64,000 nt of DNA from Tubiluchus corallicola (Eukaryota > Animalia > Priapulida), in assembly GCA_030141605.1 (NCBI GenBank), contig JAQGDQ010000813.1, positions 29,019 to 93,018 on the forward strand, in the 5' to 3' direction. The position numbers and the translations under genes are program-made. Positions 24,801 to 33,800 of the stretch are shown here, piece after piece (the stretch's first letter is position 1; each line of letters starts with the position of its first letter). The notes under the pieces were generated by a model that saw only the letters and a list, made by a program, of their open reading frames with translations, was not told where the DNA came from and searched no databases.

Positions 24801-27800
24801 AACTTAAGTGGTTAGAAATGGTTAGTGGCTAGTCTGCTTTTTACTAATTAGCCAGCCGGAGGAGTTTTTAATGTCACGTAGAGTATACAGATATATTAGT
24901 TATTGTGAAAGTTGACGGTTTTTTAATCAGTTTTTTTCTGTATAAGAAGTTGCTTTAGGCTTCTCATTATTATAATGGCTATCGCTTTACTTAATGTTAT
25001 GAAGTGAGTAGTGTTGTTGCATACTAGTGCTTCATTAAATGACTTAGAATTGTTGCCATTGTAAGAACAGGTAGTGGAGTTTCTAAAGGGCTATGAATCT
25101 TCACTCAGCTTCAGCTTATAATATTATGAGTTTGCATTCAGGATTGACTTTGTTTTTCTTTTGACTTGTTTTGGTGTGTTGCTATGGTTACGTGTCTTCT
25201 GCTGAGGTAAGTTGCCAGCTTGTTTGGTTGTGCAGTTGTTGGTTGCGCTTCTTTGTCTAACTGGCTTCTTGGTTTGGCTTCTTGGTTTGGCTTCCTGGAG
25301 TTGTTAGTTACAATGTTGAATTAAACTTCTCTCGTCTCTCGTAGTTTGGATGTCGGATGAGGAAGCAGTCGAATCTGAATCAACGGCATATCCAAAGAAA
25401 GATGTGGACTCCGGAAATGGTATTCCTGCGGCGACTCGTGCTCTGAACACTTCGAATGGTAGTGAAGTATTTAGCTCTTAGGGCTGAATTTACTGTGGAA
25501 GTTTTTTTTATGTTTTGTTTCATTGTTTGGTTTATACTGAAGTTGGTGAGCTTGCTGCTGTTTTTGATTCACTGCAATTCATATTTCGTTGAGCTAGTCC
25601 TTTTCCCGTAATTTTTTTTCGTATCTGAGACAGCTTTTATTCTTTGTGATCTCGGATGTTTTTTGAGGATTTCAGCTGTCAAGTTGATGGACAAGTACGT
25701 ATTTCACGTTTGATGATGTTAATTCATTGTTCTCTTTGGAATTTCAGAGACCACAGAGGCACCGACTACAACACTTGCAGCGACGACGACGACCATTAGG
25801 ATGCTGACGGCATTTGGTAAGACGTTTGTCCTATTACTGAAATTGTCTTATGTTTCAAGCGTTATGGTTTATTCTCAGTTAGTTTTTTTCTATGCATACC
25901 AAAAGTTATTTGTATTAAATTCTGGGAAAAGCAATACAAATTTTTCATGGTAATTATACATAGGTTAATGTTTAGAATAAAGTCAAGTTTTTTACGTATG
26001 AAATAAGTACTTGAATAATGAACATTTTATGCTATGACTTGTTATTAACAAAACTTTTTTCAATTTAATGTCATTTTAATCACAAAGCATAATAATAATA
26101 ATAATAATAATAATTTATTATTTGTATAGTGCATCAAATCAAATGATCTCAATGCACTTTACAATTAAAAATCCTGTAATAACTTACAATTACATATACA
26201 GTCATTATAAAATTAATCATTCTAAAATTATACTAATTGTAAATAGTGCCATAAGAGTATAAAATCGATTTTAAAAGCAATTGTAAAAATTATGTCAATA
26301 CATACATACACACACATACGTACATACATACATACACACACACATACGTACATACATACACACATACATACGTACACATGCATACATACATACAGCCATA
26401 CAGACAGACAGACAGGCCAATAAGAACATTTATTTTTAAGGTCATTGCATGGTTCCCAACTAATAACCAGTGTACACTGAGGCATGGTACATGGCATATT
26501 GCTCGATGCCTCAAGATTAGATTGGTCGTCGTGTTTTCTGCACAGTAAATTAGAATTTATATCCAGTTTTTGTCCTTCAGAAATTTGCCATCTTGACAAG
26601 GAACCCGGATCCTGTACGGACTACACCGTGCGATGGCATTACAGCACCGAGGATGCGGAGGGCCGCTGTTTACCTTTCTACTACGGCGGCTGTGATGGCA
26701 ACGAGAACAATTTTGCCACTTTTGAGGAATGCAACGCCTTCTGCAGTGACCTTGGTACATAGTTTCATGTAGTGACAGATTCTTCTTGTTCGGCAGGTCT
26801 ATGATAAATTTAACGCTGTTCACATGAAGCAAATAGAAATAATCACTGGCAATTCTGTGCTGTCAGATTGTTGGCGTATCATATGTGCAGCTCACCTGTT
26901 TTCTTATTCCACTTGTTATTAAAATATATTTTATGAATTGAGTGATTCATATGCGTTTTATGAATTGACAACTGTAGTCGCTGCTTAATAAAACCACCAC
27001 TAGACCAGCACTAAGTTGTCTTAATAAATGACTTTTGTTATGCGGCACCCTGTGGCATGTGTATGCGTTTGGCAAGAAATAGCACGTAAGCGCTTATTTC
27101 TGTTTAATACTGCATTACATTGAGGTAGTCAAGTCACTCATTTGCCTACAGAATAAGTGTACAACAGTGATTTAACTTCATTCGACAGATTAAAGTCTAG
27201 TAGCTGTACGTGTAGAGCGGGTTATGACTAAGAATAGGTGAATGTACTAAACGGGACTTGTGTTCCACCGCATATAGTGAAAAATCGAAACTACAAAAGA
27301 TACAGTTTATTTTTTCGTTTTGTTATTGCTTTTGTTGCTTATTACTGGAAAATATTGTCTTACTAAATGGTGAACTGGTTTTATTAACCGAATTTTCTTA
27401 ACAATGGTTTCTATGGAAGTAATTCCAGACTTTGCGTTGACTGGTTCTAAAGTGCTAGCTCATTATCCGTAATTTATTCGTTATTATTATCTGTAATCCG
27501 TTATTACGAGGCGACTACTGTAATAAATTTTCTGATGCAGAAACTGATAAAACTACTAATAGTGATACATGAGCAGAAACCTTGTATCATTAGCAAATTA
27601 GTTATACAAATTCTGTTTCTTGACATGTATGCTTATTTTCACTTTTTTACCCTGAACAGCCATCTTGGCCTTGTTTAGGATTAATTGTATGTAAACATGT
27701 TTTCTATTATTATGCTTACTATCATGTTGTGTGTCATTTACAAGTGCTGTTTTGCACTGAAATTTTGAGTGGCTTCTCTGAGCAGACCATATTATTTAAC

Positions 27801-30800
27801 ACAAGTTATGTTAACAGGTTATGTTGTTTTTGCTTATAGTTGAGTGTCCCAAGTTTGAATGTGATTTGACTTGTCCATACGGGTACTGGTATGATGAAAG
27901 CGATTGTCCACTTTGCAGCTGTTACCCAGATCCTTGCTCTGTGAGTACAGTAGACAATTACGAATGCTTGCTGTGGCCATACAGCTATTTTAACATCGTA
28001 CTTGTGCGCTAATTCCTTTATTATAAGCATGTGTCATGATTAGGATGTAATGGTTACTTTGATTTTCATTTTAGTCTAATTTCAGCAGCACATCACAGAT
28101 AGATTATCAAATGTTTCTAATCAGTGTAATATTACACTACATAAATCACCAGGAGTTGCTTAACTACCACCAGTAACATTCTTTTATTGCAGACAATGGA
28201 ATGTGCTTCAGACGAGATGTGTCTTGTAGCTGAAGTACAGTGTATCAAGGCCCCATGCTATCCGGTAGCCACATGCCAACCAAGTTAGTGTTTCTCATTG
28301 CATTGTTGCTTTTATGTAAATGCTTGCGCTGCGATGGCTATTACCAATTTATATAATTTTTGTGATGTTATTTTCATGAGCCATGTTTCTTGTAATGCCC
28401 TTTTTAAAGTATGTCAGTCTATTTTGTGATTTGTAATTTGTTCCCTTTTTTATGATTATATAATATGATGTCTGGACGATTAGGAGCATTCGTCAGTGCT
28501 GAACCACAAAATCATGAATGCTTTGTTGAATTGATTGTTTGTGTTGCATGAATAATCAAAAGAGTCATTTTTGATATGCTGCAACTCTAAAAATTTGGTT
28601 AAATATCATTATTTAGAAAATGTTTCAAAAGTTTTCTCTCGTAAGTTAAAACTGTTTATGGGGATATTATGTGGGCCGAGGAAGCAAATTATTACTCTCT
28701 AATTATGTTTGTGCCAAAGAAAGTTTTTTGCAACCGTAAGAAAGGAATTGATTTGAGCGTTTAACTGCAAACCAGCAATACCGACTTTTATCGATCATTC
28801 CTAGTGTCAGAGAAATGATTGAACATTTCTGAGCTACGCCAGTTGCTAGTACTTTTTATATTTGTCATATTTTTACTTTGTAGAAGTTGGCCCGCCGATC
28901 GAGCCAGACTGTGAGAACACTCCGTTTGGTTGTTGCCCAGATAAAATGACACCTGCTGAAGGTGTGATGTTCTTGGGATGTCCAGGTTGGTAAATGCCAT
29001 AATTTATTTTATGAAGGAGTTTAAGAACAGGAACAGAAACTGTTATAGGTTGCTTTTTCATTTTTATAAATAGAATCACAATTGCTGTTTCCAGTTTTAA
29101 TTCTCACATTTTTCATAAAGTGAGTTTAAAAAAGATAAATAAACGAACAAACCATTGGATTTTATGTAAGTAATTGATATATTACTCAATATTACTTGTC
29201 TAGTAATAGAGCGATAATGTGTTTGAAGTATATAAATTCAATTTATTTATCTCTTTAGGACACTACAATAGAACATTAATAACAAAATCAATAATAAGTC
29301 ATGAAGAAAGGTTACAAGGAATAGATAGATATAAAACTAGAGAAAGGATAGCGAAAATACTATAAAGTCACCTAGTTTACTATCCTTGATGTAGTGACGT
29401 AGTAATGAAAGTTGTTTAAGTAAAATTTGCTAGGGATAAATTGTTGCCAGTCACCATTAATTTACAACACCAGGTATGAATTGGTTCGATTCAAAGGGCA
29501 GTAAAACAGAAACACTGCTTAGTAGTAATAGTAAAATGCTGCTTACATCCTGTGTTTTCAAAATTAATATCTTTTTTAGTCTGTTAGTTTTAAGTCAATA
29601 AGTCAATGTTGATGTTGCTTTTTTCTTTACAGAAGCGATGAAGGAGAGACCAGTCATCATCTCCAGTTCTGCTGCCGTGCAAGTACAGGAAGGCTCCGAT
29701 GCTATGCTTCCGTGTGTGGCTATTGGAGACCCAACTCCAGTCATTTCTTGGTTTAAGGTATTAGACGTTATAGTGTTAAGTATTTAACTAAAATCTACGA
29801 CCTTTCATTACCTTGGTTTGGCATCTTTTTTGGCATCTGCAGTGCCCCCTTAACTAATAATTATCATATTCGAATAGGTCTTCTCTTAAAATTGGAAAGA
29901 AGCCATATTTTAATCATTTACTTTTTATTGATGATTATATTAGAAGTTTTTTCCTGTCTTTCTTCATTAGCCTTTTCTGTTCATTCTGCAGTAAGCAACA
30001 TGACTTTATCTTACTTTTTCAATTGATAATTTTAAATCACTCATTGAATGATTATTTCAGTGCAACATGTTTTACGTTTTGAAAACTAATTAAATGACAG
30101 ATGTCAAATCGTGGGGCAACGCTTTTGCAGTCTTAATAACTTTGGCTTTGAAAGTTGTGGTTGTAAACAATTTTTTCCTATTGATTCACTGGTTAGTTTG
30201 AAACTATATACAAAAATATTTGAATTATTTTATTTACTCTTCTGCAGGGTACTGCAAGTCTTGCTGATGATCCACGTATGGTCATTGACAAAAACGGCGC
30301 GTTAAAGGTTCCCATGGTGACGGAATCGGATGCTGGCAGATACGACTGTAACGCTTTTAATGGAATTGGTCCTGCTGCTACAGTTACCATAGAACTGATT
30401 GTTGATGGTAATATGTCACTGCCTGCATGTTTTTTGTCTATTGGGCAGTTTCTACTTTATTACAAAAGCAAAATTCAAATTCAAATAAGTTTGTGCACAC
30501 AGTTAGTAATTATGTTGTAAATAGATTCTTTCGCATTTCTGTCGATGTGCTCAGGTTGACATAAGTTTTGTAGCAGTTCCAATGTTTTAAATGACATTTA
30601 AGTTTAATGTTATATAAGTGCTGTGTTTAGCTTTATACTGTGAAGAATATGCACACTTTTAGTATTTTTATTTTGCCAAGATAAAACCTCATAATATCAC
30701 ATATTGTGTAAAATAGTGGTAATATTTTAATCATTTTGAGGCGTAGATATTTCACTCATATCACTGCTCTTATTCTGTACATTGTTGTCATGATGATGCA

Positions 30801-33800
30801 GTGTTTGTATATGTGTGTATAGCAAGCAGCATTACTAGTGTTTTTAACTGTATTGTTCAAGATACTCCATTGTGTACAACAGCTTAGACACTGACTGTTT
30901 AAATGGTTTTGCTTTCCAATCTTGTTAATTTATGTCTTGTTTTACTTGGTCCTTATTTAAACCATTTCGTCCTGCTGAAACTGATTGTTTCATCTGACTT
31001 TGTTTTTGCAAAATGTAGTGGTTTAAATAAGGAATTTCTCAAGCAAACATGCTGTAGGTACACTATATTGTTTTTTACATTGTATTGCAGTTGGTCAAAC
31101 TTTGCTTTCTTGCTAGTGTAGTTTTTACTGGTACAGTTTTTCATTGCAGTGCCGGTAACAATAATCGGTGATAAGTACGAGAAGGTTCGTGGCGTAATCG
31201 GTGAATCCTTGGAGCTCACCTGCGAGGCATATGGCATACCTGAACCCGAAGTCATCTGGCAGAAAGGTTTGATATCTAACAGTCTTATCGATACAGTAAT
31301 CTGTTTAGTGAATTTTTTAGATTCCACATTTAGGGAGGCATGTTGAGAGGGATAAGCTAGTATAAGAGCAGTTAAACTGATATAAGGATAAGTAGAATAT
31401 ACGAATCTAGTGCAGGAATTATCTTTGTGCCCGATTTGTAACACATTTTACTGTTAAGGTAATGTTTATAACCAGGCCGCTGCTTGTTCGTGTTATTTGA
31501 AGTTTTTTATCCGATTTCAGCTGGATTAATTAATTTTACAGGTTCAGTTTGTTTAATGGCATTGTCACACGTCCAGCTAAAGTTGAAGCTTTCATGAAAA
31601 GCCAACAACGATTTCATTTGATATTACATTTTAGTTGCGGGTTTGCTTAACATTGTTCATGTGCATTTTTTGTTCTTTATTTACTTTTTTACTTTTTCGT
31701 TATTGTACTTTTGTGCCTAGATAAATAATATAATATATAAACAATTGCCGATGAACTGCTTGAAAATAAATTCAGTATTTATTTTGCAAGAAATAGGAAG
31801 ATTAGCCAATTTGAGTTGAACATCCTTTCAGTTTTTGACAGATGACTGTTTAATTGAAAAATAGTGTAATGTGTCTGTGATTATCACTTATTTATTTCTG
31901 GACTGGCAATTAAGTTAAACTAACTGTAGTTGACTGTGTGTCAGCCTGCTAGTTAATCATAGTTTTTCAGGAAATTAGAAGTTGTTTTTTTGTGAAATCT
32001 TTTACATGTTTAGGCTTGTCATGTAAGCGGAATCGTTGTGCACGAGATTATTAATTTTGTTTTTTCACGTATTCAGGAGCCAGGCGAATTGCACAGTCTG
32101 ATAAGAGATACTTTGTCCAGTCTAATTATTCACTAATAATTAAACCAGTTGAGTTGGGAGATGAGGGAGTTTACGGCTGTATGGCTAGAAATGGTCTCGG
32201 TGCAACGCAGAGGAAGATCATCAGCGTCTCACTAAACGGTAAAATGCACAGTATTACAGTAAATTACTACTTCTCTTTTGTAAGGACTGTTTGTGACACT
32301 TGTAGGGCTGTCGTGCTGAAAAAATGTATTCAATTTGATCGAAGTAAAGTAGCCGACATTTATTAAAATAAATTAAATAAAAATAGAGTAACAGCAGTCA
32401 GTATTGTTGCACTTTTATATTAATATAATGTAGGCTGTTGAAAAGTAGTTTTTGGGGCTTTATGTTGTTTTTGTAATTTTGTGCAACAAGATTTGCCCAT
32501 AATCTCTGTTATGGAAAGGCGGCTTCTGAAATTTAATATCAACAATGTCTAAAGCTTAATGTCGACAGCTTGTTTAGAGCACTCCTTTTTATGTTGCTTC
32601 TTTTATACGTAATATAGACATTCTTCAATGTAAAACAGTGGCTTACAACCGTAGTTTCACTTTCCTTTAGGTTCTGATTGGTGAAATTCTCTACCAAGTA
32701 ATTGTGTTACTGAAAAAAACTAAAATGTTTCAAGAAAAACATCATTAGATAGTTTCTATTATTAGCACATTAGTTACTTGAATTCTGTTTCCTTTGACAT
32801 CATGTTTTCCCCTATTCACAGTAACCCTTCAGCTTTTGCGTACTATCATTCTAGCCTGGTGTGATTTGTAAAAAAACAATAAAGAAAGTTTTAACACAGT
32901 GTTTTACAGGAATTTACAGGGAGCTCTCAGGTAGATATGTTTTCTCATGAGATCTAAAATGTGAAAACTTTATAAATAGCTGAACTCTCGACACAAAATA
33001 TGGAAAAATGTTTCAGTGTTGCTGTATGCAGTGCCTTTGTTAAAAACGTTGGCACTTTTCATCTAACTCTACCGTATAGAATCAGTGCATGTTGCGGTCT
33101 TTTTTATGTAAATGTTATTTATTCAGAACCTGTGCAAGCTGTGATTTTGGAACACAAAAAATCTTATTCAGCTGGGGAGAACGTGACCTTGAAATGTGAC
33201 GCTAGTGGTTATCCTCCTCCACGCATCGATTGGTTCTTTGCCGATGTCGTAAGTTATTGTGTCCTTTGCTTAAGATTGTTGTTTATGCCTTTGAAGCTAG
33301 CTAGGTTAAATTCTTGTTATGCAGTGAAATTTTCAACAGAATATGATAGATAGGTGGATAGAAGGTTTATTTACATACAAAATTGCAGTTAAAAAATGAA
33401 GTAAAGTAACATTTACAATTAAAAAGACATTAACTGTAGACAGTAAAGTGGCAAAAAATATATTAAGATCATACAAAGTGCAATACAAATAGTACAACTT
33501 ATTGAGAAAATTTTTTATCCCATAACACAGTGTATTTTCATTTAAAAAATCAAATAAAACTAAAAGAACCTACTTATTTGCCAAGATCATATTACTACCA
33601 TTTAAGTCTTCATATCGGGTGTAGGTGAATACAACTCACACCTGTTCTACATGTGTTTTTTAAGCAAGGTTTTCTTTTTCATTAATTGCATCGAGTGTAA
33701 ATTTGCACGAGCAGCTAATAAACGAAGTCTTTTTGAATTTTTTAAAACAAACCCAGTACGCCTTTCAGTATTTTTTCAAATTCAGAGACTTCAATGCAAA

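Noticed and set aside
25142-25206. Possible poison exon (cattcAG ... GAG|gtaagt) in the K15-S15 intron
   Set aside because: 65 nt, T-rich intron-like composition with an early stop; strong donor alone is insufficient without reads.
26228-26599. Cys/Val/Tyr-rich minus-strand ORFs; likewise the His/Thr ORFs at 42940 and 54819
   Set aside because: Translations of microsatellites.
663-26762. Kunitz ORFs as independent small secreted inhibitor/toxin genes
   Set aside because: No ATG plus signal peptide; each is bounded by phase-1 splice sites and joins in frame to papilin Ig/PLAC exons. Hydrophobic read-through tails are T-rich intron sequence.
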